Positions 37,846 to 49,907 of a DNA stretch of 64,000 bases are shown here, piece after piece. The stretch is from Squalus acanthias. Taxonomy: Eukaryota. The notes beneath the pieces are model-generated. The model saw nothing but the letters and a program-made list of their open reading frames with translations, was not told where the DNA came from and ran no database searches. Where the stretch lies: positions 4,960,001-5,024,000 of the forward strand of contig CM059433.1 in NCBI GenBank assembly GCA_030390025.1, in the 5' to 3' direction. Both the position numbers and the translations under genes were made by a program. Position 1 is the stretch's first letter; the number at the start of each line of letters is the position of its first letter.

Positions 37846-39990
37846 TGAAGGGATAATTACAAGTCCTAGCCCTTTTCGGGCTACCCCAGATCAGGCGTAT
37901 TCCCCAGACGTTCACCTTCAACTAAAGTTAGCGGTAGCTGAATCCTAGAGACGCTTAATTGGGTCTAAAGGTTCAGACTATCTCTCCCTAAAGGAAAGGA
38001 ACGGCCTGAAGATGTTACCATCCTCCGGATAGCACTTTTAACAAGTTTAACTAGACTGTAACCTTCCGGATATTATGAGGGTCCGGAACCCCCCCCCCAG
38101 AATTCTGCAACTCCTCTCAAAGGAGTATACAGAAATTGAGTTCGCGAGATTGATACAGAAATTACTCTGACAATTTTAAAAATATATAGATTTATTAAAG
38201 AACCGACATTTAGTTAACAGCTGGTATGGCAATCGCAACTTTAACCATTCAAAATACAAATAGCTTACACTTCTTATCAGAGATCCTTATTCTCAAATCT
38301 TAACTTCGTTACATTTCCACACTTCTACTTATTTCTTAATCTAGAATATCCACCAAAATCAAATACCTTGATTACCCGAGACTCAGAGTTGTAGGCCTAC
38401 AGAGTGGTTCTGAAGGCGAGAATCGCTCTGCCCCTTCCCAGCGACTTCTGACTCTCTCTCTGAAAAGCTCTATTTTTATACCTTTTTTTAGTGGTTTATT
38501 CTTTGAAGTTTTCTGCTGATGTAAGCTAATTATCTCTAGTCATTCTCTCTTGAATTCTTTTCTATTCTTACTGTCATTTCAGCTGCCAACTTTTAGAATT
38601 CTGTCTCTACCTTTAGGTGTTCATATCTTATCATAAAATATGGTATAACAGATTTATCTATTTGATGCCATTCTTAGGAAGGTTTTCCATTGAATTGTTA
38701 AATCACTTTAGCTGCTTGCATTCCAGACCTCGCGTCTCCCAACTGTTCCAATTTCAATACAAACACAATGGGCTGGATTTTCATTGACCCGTGGAGGTGG
38801 GTTTGGAGGCGTGTGGGGGGTTAAAATTGCGAAAACTGGCGGGCAGGCAGAATCCCGCCTCCACGCAATTTTCATTAAATCGTGTCTGCTGGTCCTGACT
38901 CTGTCCCGCCTCTAAGAGGCGGGATAGGCTGTTAAGGCCCTTAACAAGCACTAAATTGCCTCTATAATGCCATTTTGAAAGGCCTTTGTGATTTTAACCC
39001 TTTTTCTACGTGAAGCACACCTGTTCTGAACCACGAATGTGAAACCTGGCGGGAGCACATTTGGGATAGCTGACTATCGTTGGCTGGCTATGGGGATGCA
39101 TATATGGATGGCTATGTGGATGGATGCATATATGGATGGATGGGGAGGAGACATATCTGGGAGTGGTGGTGTAAAAATATCTGGGAGCAGACTTAGGGCT
39201 GCTGTTGCTCATTTTGCATCCAGGTCCCCCCTCAGCAAAGGCCAGGCAGTCTCTGAAGACCTTCAATGCAGCAGCAATGATGACATCATCAGAGGCGACT
39301 TTCAGACTGAAAGCACTAATTGGTTCATGGATTCCCACATGCTGGAACTCAATTGCCCAATTAGGTGAAAATTGCATCAATCTCCCACATCCAATTGCAG
39401 TCGGGTGGATAACACGAAAAGTGGATGACACGACCCCAACCCGCCCCTTATCAAAATCCAGCCCAATGTGATTGCTTGGCGTCATCTATTGATATTATAT
39501 CTTCAAAGCCTTCCTATTTGTACCTTTTACAACTTGTAAATCAAAAACACTTCATCTAGGGTCTTCGTTTTCCTAGCCATCTTAGTTGGTTATATATATA
39601 TTCGTGTTTCCTGTTTCATTTGATGTTACTTTTACAAAGGCACATGGTTTTTTAATGTTCTGTGTTTCTGTTCGACGTGTTAGCTTTTAACACTTTACTT
39701 GGGCATTGCTATTGTTTTGGTTCCAAACTACAGACTTCTTGGGACCAACTCTTTGCTTCTTCAATAGGTCATTGTGTCAGTGTCAATAACCATTTCCCAT
39801 TTCAAAAGTTTGTTTGGTGTTTACAACTTTTGTGTTAACACTTCATCTTATCTCAGAAGCCTGTATTCTGTTTGCAGCCTGTGTCGCCGAGGCTTTCCAG
39901 ACTTTTAAACCCAGTATGTCATGTATTAATAATATCAGAAATCTGTTCACAGGGTGGTGTATCTCTTGGAATATGGCTATTTCCTTTACA
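37846..39990 (-). mobile_element. Probable solo LTR (~1.45 kb excluding the nested MITE)
   Basis: TG...CA ends with short imperfect inverted termini. 4-bp TSD GTCC (37842-37845 and 39991-39994). TATAAAAATA (38471-38480) and AATAAA (38191-38196) on the minus strand, in U3-R-U5 order. Confidence 0.72.
38770..39464. mobile_element. Harbinger-type MITE nested in the LTR
   Basis: Perfect 12-bp TIR GGGCTGGATTTT, TSD AAT on both sides. Confidence 0.87.
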
Positions 39991-40096
39991 GTCCAAGTGT
40001 TCATCTTTCACATATGAGCCTTGACAGTGAATGTTGGCATGTTATTTGAACTAAGGCAGCCGTTTTATGTTGTCTGAACACTCGCATTGCAGTTTT

Positions 40097-40868
40097 AATT
40101 TGTGCATTTGGGGAGGGCTAACAAGGCAAGGGAATACACAATAAATGGTAGGACACTGCAGAGGATCAGAGGGACCTTGGAATGTATGTCCACAGATCCC
40201 TGAAGGTAGCAGGACAGGTAAATAAGGTGGTTAAGAAGGCATACGGGATACTTGCCTTTATTAGCCGAGGCATAGAATATAAGAGCAGGGAGGTTATGCT
40301 TGAACTGCATAAAACACTAGTTAGGCCGCAGCTAGAATACTGCGTGCAGTTCTGGTCACCACATTACAGGAAAGATGTGATTGCACTAGAGAGGGTGCAG
40401 AGGAGATTTACGAGGATGTTACCTGGGCTGGGGAATTTTAGCTCAGAGAAAAGATTGGACAGTCTGGGGTTGTTTTCTTTGGAATAGAGGAGACTGAGGG
40501 GAGACTTAATTGAGGTGTATAAAATTATGAGGGGCCGAGATAGAGTGGATAGGAAGGACCTATTTCCCTTAGCAGAAGGGTCAATAACCAGGGGGCATAG
40601 ATTTAAAGTAATTGGTCGGAGGTTTAGAGGGGATTTGAGGAGAAATCTTTTCACCCAGAGGGTTGTGGGGGTCTGGAACTCACTGCCTGAAAGGGTGGTA
40701 GAGACAGAAACCCTCAGCACATTTAAGAAGTACTTGGATGTGCACTTGAAATGCCGTAACCTACAAGGCTACGGACCAAGTGCTGGAAATTAGGATTTTT
40801 GTTCTTTGTTGGTCGGCACGGACAAGATGGGCCGAATGGCCTCCTTCTGTGCTGTAAATTTCTGTGAT
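40097..40868 (+). mobile_element. CR1 LINE 3' fragment, relatively well preserved
   Basis: KKAYGILAFISRGIEYKS...VRPQLEYCVQFWSPH...FTQRVVGVWNSLP plus tail. Confidence 0.92.
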
Positions 40869-41269
40869 TGGGAAAATTTTGTTTGATATGCAGCACTTGC
40901 AGATCAGTGTCTAAAAGCTAGCTCCATTTAATTTCACTTAACAACTATACCAATCTTCCACACCCTTGTAGATGGGAAAATCCATCGCAGAGCACCCTCT
41001 AGTGTCATCCTTTATTAAGCACTGTTGTACAATCCAACTCCTGAGTTTTACTTTTAATCTTTTCCTTTATAAATTTATGTATTCTCTATGTATAATAAAT
41101 ATGTATAGCCACATGAACTGTGCCAACTGTTTTTACGCAAGATATTTGGTATACATTTCACCCCCCCCCCCACACCCCAAACCATGGTAGTGAGGTATGG
41201 AAGATGTATTCAATTACAGGCTATATTTGATCATTTACTGTGTATATTTTTTATCTACATGAAAACTAG

Positions 41270-41516
41270 TTGGATGAAGCGAACGCCTTACTGAGGACTG
41301 AATCTGAGACGGCAGCGAGACTACGAAAGAACCAAACAGAATTATCAAAGCAATTAGGACAGCTGGAGACTAACAACAGAGAATTGCAAGACAAAAATGC
41401 TGCACTGGATAATGCCAAGCTCAAACTTGAAAAGGACTACATAAGTTTACAGTCAGCACTAGAAGCTGAACGAAGAGATCGCTCTCATGGTTCTGAGATT
41501 ATCAGTGATTTACAAG
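41270..41516 (+). CDS. ROCK2: ROCK2 exon H (LDEANALLRTESETAARLRK...ERRDRSHGSEIISDLQ)
   Basis: actAG acceptor, GTATGA donor, 247 nt. Confidence 0.96.
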
Positions 41517-42704
41517 GTATGATAAAAAAAGTCAAAAAGCCAGCTTCAGTTACTATCTCTAATTCTTCTTAAAAAATAACTTGGGAGAACTCTTACCAAA
41601 TGAATCCTTTACCCCATAGATGACTGAGACAGGTGTGACTGTTACTTTTCTTTGGTTGTACAATGTGGCTGAAACTTGAAATTTCTTGTAGGGCACTTGG
41701 GGCTTTCAACGGTGCACGTGGTAACCGAGATATCATCATGCTTGAAGTTAGAATCACAATTCTGAAAGTACTGGACCGTAGCTTCCAGAATTTTGTTACA
41801 TATATTTTGAATTATTACAAGGCATTCAATATAGAATGTTTGGTTTTCTTCCTCCCCAACTTTTTCTCTCCTCTCAAATCTACTCTTGTGGGGAAACAGT
41901 TTCACAGTTGCTAGCAGACTTCCAGGACATTTCCCAAGTATCCATTCTTCTGTGAAGCCAAGACGGTTGGTGAAGTTATTCTATAACTATTTCCATTCAA
42001 ATAAATTAAATTTCTTAAAATTCTTGGGTGAAGTTAGAATCAGTGTCCCTTGAACACAAAACTGTTCAGAAATTCACAGCTCAAATCACTTTACATCTTC
42101 AAACCATGATAGAATATAATGTTTGATAGATGCCCTATCTGCCTTAAAGTTAGATCACAATTCTTGCAGGGCTTTTTTCTACACCAAACGTCTAGCTGTC
42201 CTCTTGCCATAATCTATTTTGTTTTTATCCCAGGTTAACATTCCCCACAGACCCATTTTGACTAACGCATCCGCTGTTTCAACCTACATCAGTTCCCTTT
42301 TTAGAAATGTCTTTATCGTTTGCCATATTTATAGAAAGCTGCCCAGGTGAGACTAACAAAAGGATAAGTTTCCCAAGACATCCTTCGTTTGAATACTGAG
42401 TAAAGGTGTTTAAATTTATTCCTCTCTGCAACTCTGCATTACATTATCTACCATTCCTTGTTTGGAGGGATGAGCAGGTGACCTGGCCAGTGATTTGCAA
42501 GTATCGGTCTATAATCAGTTCTGAGTTCGATGGAAGTAGAGCAGGTCGATTCATCTTATCCTGTCTGGAAGTGGTTGGCTGTACTGTGCAGCACCTCGAG
42601 ACAGCTGAGATCAGGACTCCACTGTACATCAAATTCTAGCAAAGGACTTGTGTCCTGTCATTGTCGGGCAGCTTGGCTGGTCTGCTGTACATATGTATTC
42701 ATAA

Positions 42705-43150
42705 TAACAAAAACAATGTGCATTTATATAATGCCATTAATGTCGAAAACCATTCCAAGGCTCTTCAGAAGCAGAATCAGAAAAAAATGGATACCGAGCC
42801 AACAAAGAAGATATTAGGAGGAATGACCAAAATCTTGGTCAAAGAAGTAAGTTTTAAGGAGGGTCTTGAAGGAGGAAAAGGAGGTCGAGAGATGGACGGG
42901 TTTTTGGGAGAAAATTCCAGAGGGTGGGCCTAAATGGCTGAGGGCATGGCCACCAATGGTAGGGCAAAGGGGGAGGATGCACAAGAGAGCACAGAGGAAT
43001 GGAGAGTTCTACCCAATGCACGGTTGAAGGAGGTTAGAGATTGGGAGGGGTGAGAGCATGAAAGGATTTGAACGTGAGGGTGTGAATTTTAAATTGGAGG
43101 TGTCGGTTGACCGGAAGCCAGTGTCGATCAGCAAAGACAGCAGTGATGGA
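42705..43150 (-). mobile_element. L2 LINE 3' fragment
   Basis: Similar to 49910-50350 (gaccaaaatcttggtcaaaga.gta.gttttaagga). Confidence 0.75.
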
Positions 43151-43259
43151 CAATGTTCCCTGTAATTTATTTTGGCGCCGCGTGGCCCCTTTAAGAGGAT
43201 GTGCGACTCATGTGCATATGAGTTATATAATAAACGACTAGGCAGAAGGAAGAAGAACG

Positions 43260-43660
43260 AACAAACTTGCCTTTATTTGACACATTGTCACGTTCTCTGG
43301 ATGTCTCTAAGTGCTTCACATCCAATGGACTAATTTTTCAAAATGCCATCATTATTATGTAGCAAGACGTGGTGGCCAGTCTGTGTAGCAGGGTGCTACG
43401 AACTGCAAATGAGTTGAATGACCAGTTAATCTCTTTCTCGTGGTGCTGGATGAGGGAGGTTGTTGACTCGGACAACAGAGAGCTCGCTGCCCTTCTTCAA
43501 AAGGTGTCACGGAATCTTTAATATCCATCTGAACCATCACAACTAGCAGACCGGGCAGCACCTCTGACACTAACACTCCCTCAGTGCTACACTGGACGTC
43601 AGCCTAGGTTATATGCTCAAGACCTAGAGTGGGGCTCGAACCCACAACCTTCTGATTTGG
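43260..43660 (-). mobile_element. Deu-domain SINE
   Basis: Same architecture as 22432-22845. Confidence 0.65.
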
Positions 43661-44186
43661 GGAAGAAAATGAATGCAAAGCTTTCCACTGAGCATTTTTT
43701 GTAAGTCATTGAAAAGCAATTTCCACTGCTATGGCGGATCCTAGTTTATAGGTTCATTTGTCTTTGGCAAGGACTTTTAATCATAAAATTGTGCACCACG
43801 TTTTCACATTAAAATGGGGAAAAATTCCCTAAGAAAGGTAGCAAGCTCAAAACTACAGACACTGAATCAAGAGATCAAGAATAGCATAAATGCTCCAAGT
43901 TGTGAAAAGACACTCGGAACAGAAATTGTTTTCATTAAAGGAAAAAATACACTGAGAAGGCACAATGCAGATCTTTAAAATGTTGAGCAACATTGGTAAT
44001 ATAGATATAAGCAGGTTATTTAACTTATCCTTTTTAAACAGAGAAGCAGAGGATAAGGGTACAAAATGAACAAACCTGAAATGAGAATTTAGATTAGAAG
44101 CAATTATTGTTCCCCTGGAGTACTTCTTTCATTTTGCTGGTGCATCAACATTTTATTGAGATTTTACTAATCCTAGTTATTTACAG

Positions 44187-44293
44187 GTCGGATTTTGTCG
44201 CTTGGAGATGAACTGAAAAACAGTAAGAGCTCACTGGCTAAAACTGAAATGGAGAAAAGGCAACTACAAGATAAACTAACTGACTTGGAAAAG
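44187..44293 (+). CDS. ROCK2: ROCK2 exon I (GRILSLGDELKNSKSSLAKTEMEKRQLQDKLTDLEK)
   Basis: tacAG acceptor, GTGGGG donor, 107 nt. Confidence 0.94.
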
Positions 44294-44695
44294 GTGGGGC
44301 AGTTTTTCTTTTGGAATTAAATATCTTAATCCCAGACATTTTTTTTCAGGTGCATTCATTCCTTTTTAAGTAAAATTAACTGACCGAATTCTGCCCTGAG
44401 AATCTCAAGTATTTTTGCAGATACATGACTCGACTGCAACACTCCATATAATAGTTCACTTAGATATTGACTTATCAGAAACCGTTTGTATTTCTATAGT
44501 GCTTTTAACATAGATGTTTGAATAAGATATGTGCCACTTCAAATATGTTGTGCATGTATATGCCAATATATAGTATATGATTTTATCTGTTGCTCTTACC
44601 TGCGTAGTATTGCACTGTAGCAGTTTTCATTTGTACCTTTCTCAGGAGCTTGTTTTCTGCATCACCCTTACTTTCTCCCTCTAATTTATATGCAG

Positions 44696-44855
44696 GAGAA
44701 GAATAACATGGAAATAGACATGACGTACAAGCAGAAGGTATTACAGCAGCGTCTGGAGCAGGAAGAAGCAGAGCACAAAGCTACCAAGGCACGGCTAGCA
44801 GACAAAAATAAGATCTATGAGTCTATAGAAGAAGCAAAATCAGAAGCCATGAAAG
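44696..44855 (+). CDS. ROCK2: ROCK2 exon J (EKNNMEIDMTYKQKVLQQRLEQEEAEHKATKARLADKNKIYESIEEAKSEAMK)
   Basis: tgcAG acceptor, GTTAGT donor, 160 nt. Confidence 0.96.
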
Positions 44856-45051
44856 GTTAGTTATAAAATTGCTAAGGGAAGTCACTTGTGTTTGAGGCAG
44901 TATAGTTGGCCCTAACCTTTTTGAAGGGCAGATAAAAAGTACAGTCCTTTCTTTCTCCGATTGCTCCCACTTGAGATTTGAATTTCCTTTTGAGAAAATT
45001 GATGTCAGGATTTTTCAATCTATGGGTGCTTTTGATTTTGAGTTTAGTTCT

Positions 45052-46330
45052 TCAGAGAGAGCCAGCATGGATTTGTGAAAGGTAGGTCATGCCTGACTAA
45101 CCTGATTGAATTTTTTGAGGAGGTGACTAAAGTAGTGGACAGGGGAATGTCTATGGATGTTATTTATATGGACTTCCAGAAGGCATTTGATAAATTCCCA
45201 CATAAGAGACTGTTAACTAAGGTAGAAGCCCACAGAATTGAGGGCAAGTTACTGACCTGGTTAGGAAACTGGCTGAGCGGCAGGAGGCAGGCAGTAGGGA
45301 CAATGGGTAGGTACTCAAATTGGCAGGATGTTACTAGTGATGTCCTGTAGGAATCTGTTTTGGGGCCTCAACTATTCACAGTATTTATTAACGACTTAGA
45401 TGATGGCAGAGAAAGTCATTTATCCAAATTGCCGATGACACAAAGATAGGCAGCATTACAGGCAGTGTAGATGGCAGCATAAAATTACAAAGGGATATCG
45501 ACAGATTAAGTGGATGGGCAAAACTTTGGCAAATGGATTTCAATGTAGGCAAATGCGAGGTCATCCACTTTGGACCGAAAAAGGATAGAACCGGGTACTT
45601 TCTAAATGGTGAAAGGCTAAAAACAATGGAGGTTCAGAGAGATTTGGGGGTCCAGGTACATCGATTATTAAAATGTCATGAACAGATATAGAAAATAATT
45701 AAAAAGGCTAATGGAATGCTGGCCTTTATATCTAGAGTACAAGGGGGTAGAAGTTATGCTGCAGCTATACAGAACCCTGGTTAGACCACACCTGGAGCAG
45801 TTCTGCGCACCACACCTGAGGAAGGATATATTGGCTTTGGAGGGAGTGCAGCGTAGGTTTACCAGAATGATACCTACACTTCAAGGATTAAGTTACGAGG
45901 AGCGATTACACAAATTAGGGTTGTATTCCCATGAATTTAGAAGGTTAAGGGGTGATTTGATCAAAGTTTTCAAGATATTAAGGGGAACAGATAGGGTAGA
46001 TAGAGAGAAACTATTTCCGCTGGTTGGGGATTCTAGGACTAGGGGGCATAGTCTGAAAATTAGAGCCAGACCTTTCAGGAGTGAAATTAGGAAACACTTC
46101 TACACACAAAGGGTGGTAGAAGTTTGGAACTCTCTTCCGCAAACGGCAATTGATGCTAGATTAATTGTTAATTTTAAATCGGAGATCGATAGCTTTTTGT
46201 TAACTAAAGGTACTAAGGGATATGGGGCAAAGGCGGGTATATGGAGTTAGGTCGCAGATCAGCCATGATCTCCTTGAATGGCGGAACAGGCTCAAGGGGC
46301 TGAATGGCCTCCTCCTGTTCCTCTGTTCCT
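45052..46330 (+). mobile_element. CR1 LINE 5'-truncated RT plus 3' tail
   Basis: GRSCLTNLIEFFEEVT, YMDFQKAFDK, RRLRGDLIKVFKIL, VWNSLP. Confidence 0.92.
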
Positions 46331-48872
46331 AGAATCTAGTAGCACTCATTTTGGCGTGAAGGTTCAGTCAGTTGTATGCTCTGGTTTGGGCCTACTATGT
46401 CTCACCCAGCACACTCTTCTCTACCTCAGAACTGAAATTCTCCTGGAGTGGATATACCTGAGCTGCTGGCTTGAAGGATTAGAATGGGTGATACAGCAGG
46501 CTTGAGGTGCGGGCTTGCTCAATGTGTCTGGGCTCTAACTTTGCTTCCTCTGGCACAGTTAGAGAAAGAGAAGAGAAACATATTTTTTAAAATACTATCC
46601 TTATGAGAACCTTTCAGATCTAGCTTTCAGTAGAATGAATGATGTGGTATTGGGCTTCAGTGTGTGACTTGATGTCAATGAATGAGTGAATAGGAGAAGA
46701 AAATCAGAAGACCTCCTCCTCCCCATCCTTACTTATCCCATGTGACTGTTCTCCCTATTATGTCCTTCTGCAAACGGAAAAAGGACCTGACTAATATTGA
46801 TTGTCAAGAGGATATGCAGGGATACTCGTGTGTCAGTTGCATGCTCTGGTTTGGGCCTACCATGTCCCGCTCAGTGCATTCTCCTCTACCTCAGCGCTGA
46901 AATTTCCTGGGGTCGACATACCTAAGCTAGTGCTTTGGAGGGTGAGAATGAATGAAGCCAATAGTGGTGTGATTACATTATGCAGCTGCATTACATGTAA
47001 AGATTTGTTTCCTAGAAACACATTTACGGATGCAAGGAAAGGGACACTTTGTGGTGTGTTGCTGTGAATTATACCCTGCTGTATAATGGGCATTCATTGT
47101 AAACATTCACAGTTAGGTGTGCAGCGGAGCCAACTCGTTTTGCCAGGCATGCTTAGTAACACATCTTTAATATAAGGTTATGGTGGGTTATCCTACCTTC
47201 CCTAACTTGATGACCTCATTAAGCTCTGGCATGGTGCAGCCAGTTCTGCTGAATGGTGCATTCTACCCTTACATTGGTGACCACCTCCTCCAATGCATGC
47301 TGAGCAGCTCATCTGGGTCCTTGGCATCTTTCAGTCATGAAGGGAACCTCCCTCTTCTGCCACAGTTAATAATAAATTGATGATCCCCATCTCAAAAATA
47401 GGGTGTCCTATGGTTAGTATGACTGGAAGCAAATATAACAAAATCTTTTCTTCCACTATGGACAAATATAGACTGAACCTTTAAACTGCTGCACCAGGAC
47501 ATGAATTCCTACCGACAGACTGCTAATTAGGCTGTTTCTGGAAATAATGGTAGTGAATGAATGAATTATGAATTGTCTGACCTTTGTCCAGTTGGAGGCT
47601 CCAGCTGACTGTCTACACTATCATATTTGCTATTATTTGTAAACGGGAATTTTTGCTCATTTAGGCATTTGGTTCATCTCAAAGCAACAATTGAGGTAAA
47701 CCAGTTTCTCAATGAAGACTAGCAAACTGAACATTGGAGTGCACCTCTATCATAAAATCTTGCAAGACGGAACTTATCAAGAAAAGTTAAAGCTCTTGAA
47801 TGAATATACATCCTTTCTAAGCATTATCACTGTCACCTGGAATGTCAAAATAAGTCTTTTGATTCTGTATTTTGGGCCTGATCATCTTCAGAGCTCTCCT
47901 CCCCAGTTTCTCGAGTGCTTTGGTATACCCTTATTTTCCTCCCTTTCTGCCTTGAAGCTATTTATTCTGGTGCATGTTTTGCTATCTTGCTGTGTTTTTA
48001 GAGGTCTCCATGCTCCCTTCCCAACTGAGTAACTAAAGGAACACCCAGGACAAGGCCATATAAATGTCAGAATGGGGAAATATTAACTGACCAAGGTGGC
48101 TGCACGTGGTGCTAAGTATTTGACGGGACAGTGTCTCACATTAACCGCCCCCAGCAACCCGCCCCCATTCCTCCCCAAGTTAGTCAACGGGAAATCTTAT
48201 TTGCATGTCAAAATGTGAACTTCTAGAAATAATGAGGAAGATTGTACCACAGTAGGTAATCTTTGGCAGTAAACAAGGGTGGAATGTACAGGTACACAAG
48301 AGTCGAATACCATTTTGACACCACGCAACTTACCTGATGTGTTCTCTTTTAAACTTTTATGCAAGCTTGAATGTTTGCAGTGGCTGTAGCTGTAACTTTA
48401 TATCTCAATTTTTTTGAAAATAGTTAACAAACCGTTGTTCCAGTAATTACAACATTCCATTTATAGTTTTGTCTTGTACACATCTTGCAAGTAATTTTTT
48501 TCCCTCTTTATTTAAGTCCTTCAACACACATGCCATATACCAGTCCCCACCCAAAGGGAAGCGACACATTCTGTTTTCACCAGTTTTATTCTTAAACCAG
48601 CCACTAAGATAGTGTAAGTTGACTTGGTCTCAGTTTCTTTCCTCTTTTCCTTTGAAGAAGTGACGCTGCCCCCTCCCCACGTGCCCCCCCCCCCCCCCCC
48701 CCCACACCCACACCCACACCCAGCACCACTATAGGACAGCTTTGTTGAAACCTTGTAACTCTGGATGGGGAATTCTTTTCTCAGAACCCATGTCCTGCCA
48801 CTGCATGGTGTACATGAATGTAATGTATTTAACTTGTTCTAATGACTTTCTTTGAAATTGCTTTTCTAACAG

Positions 48873-49033
48873 AAATGGAAAAGAAGTTACAGGAAGAAAG
48901 AAGTTCAAAGCAAAAAGTTGAAAACCGTCTACTAGAAGCTGAAAAGCAGCGTTCAATGTTAGATTGCGATATTAAACAAGCACAGCAAAAAATAGAAGAA
49001 TTGCTCGGGCAAAAGGAGAAATTAACTGAGGAG
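48873..49033 (+). CDS. ROCK2: ROCK2 exon K (EMEKKLQEERSSKQKVENRLLEAEKQRSMLDCDIKQAQQKIEELLGQKEKLTEE)
   Basis: aacAG acceptor, GTGAGT donor, 161 nt. Confidence 0.96.
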
Positions 49034-49343
49034 GTGAGTGTCACTACCTAATGGTGCTTAACAATGGAAGTGATTCAATTTGTTTAACTGAACCTGTACA
49101 TCAGTGCTGGAATCACAGCGTGCACAGATTTTCTCATTAATACACTCATTCTAATATCAACTTTGTATAAATATTTTGAGAGTGTTTGATTCTGCCATAT
49201 GGGTAACCAATGTGATTCTGCTGAACGCTAATTAATTCATCCACTGCATAGTTTGGAAGTGGTGGAAATCATAAATGATTGCTTTGTACTCAAATGTTGG
49301 TTCTACAAGTGTGGTACAAAATCTATGACATTTTCTTTTGCAG

Positions 49344-49528
49344 GTTAAAAACTTGTCGTTGAAGATAGAACAGGAGACGCAAAAGCGTAGTTTAACTCAG
49401 AATGACTTGAAGATGCAGACACAACAAGTCAATTCATTGAAAATGTCAGAGAAGCAGCTGAAGCAGGAGATAAATCACATGCTGGAGACCAAACTGAGCC
49501 TGGAAAAGCAGATAGGAGAGCTGCGAAA
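49344..49528 (+). CDS. ROCK2: ROCK2 exon L (VKNLSLKIEQETQKRSLTQNDLKMQTQQV...LEKQIGELR)
   Basis: tgcAG acceptor, GTATGT donor, 185 nt. Confidence 0.96.
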
Positions 49529-49907
49529 GTATGTCTTACCTTCAGCAATGCATTTTTTTTCTCTCTACGTATTTCATGCAAATAGCAAAGACTTTGGTTG
49601 GGAAACCAGCAATGTAATAGGCTACAAAGCTCCCAGCTTTTCAGGTTTGAGTTGGACAACAAGTAGCTGTCAAATGCCACAAGTACACAAGATGCAGATC
49701 AACAAACTATATCTGTGAGGTATTGACAGTTGTGTCCTATTACCTGATAATGTTATACATTACCAGTCTGACCTTCCACCTCTGGATCTGCGAGTGATGA
49801 GGACAGTAGTTGAATCTGTCACTTTGCTGCCCACTGCTGGAAAAATTAGGAGACACTACAGACGGGCTAGGATGCTGTTGTTTTCTTAGCTCATCTAAGT
49901 GGTGACG

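Noticed and set aside
49338..49718. Read-through ORF past exon L as an alternative C-terminus (likewise 41270-41572 and 62622-62915)
   Set aside because: Chance open frame beyond canonical donors, with no supporting signal.
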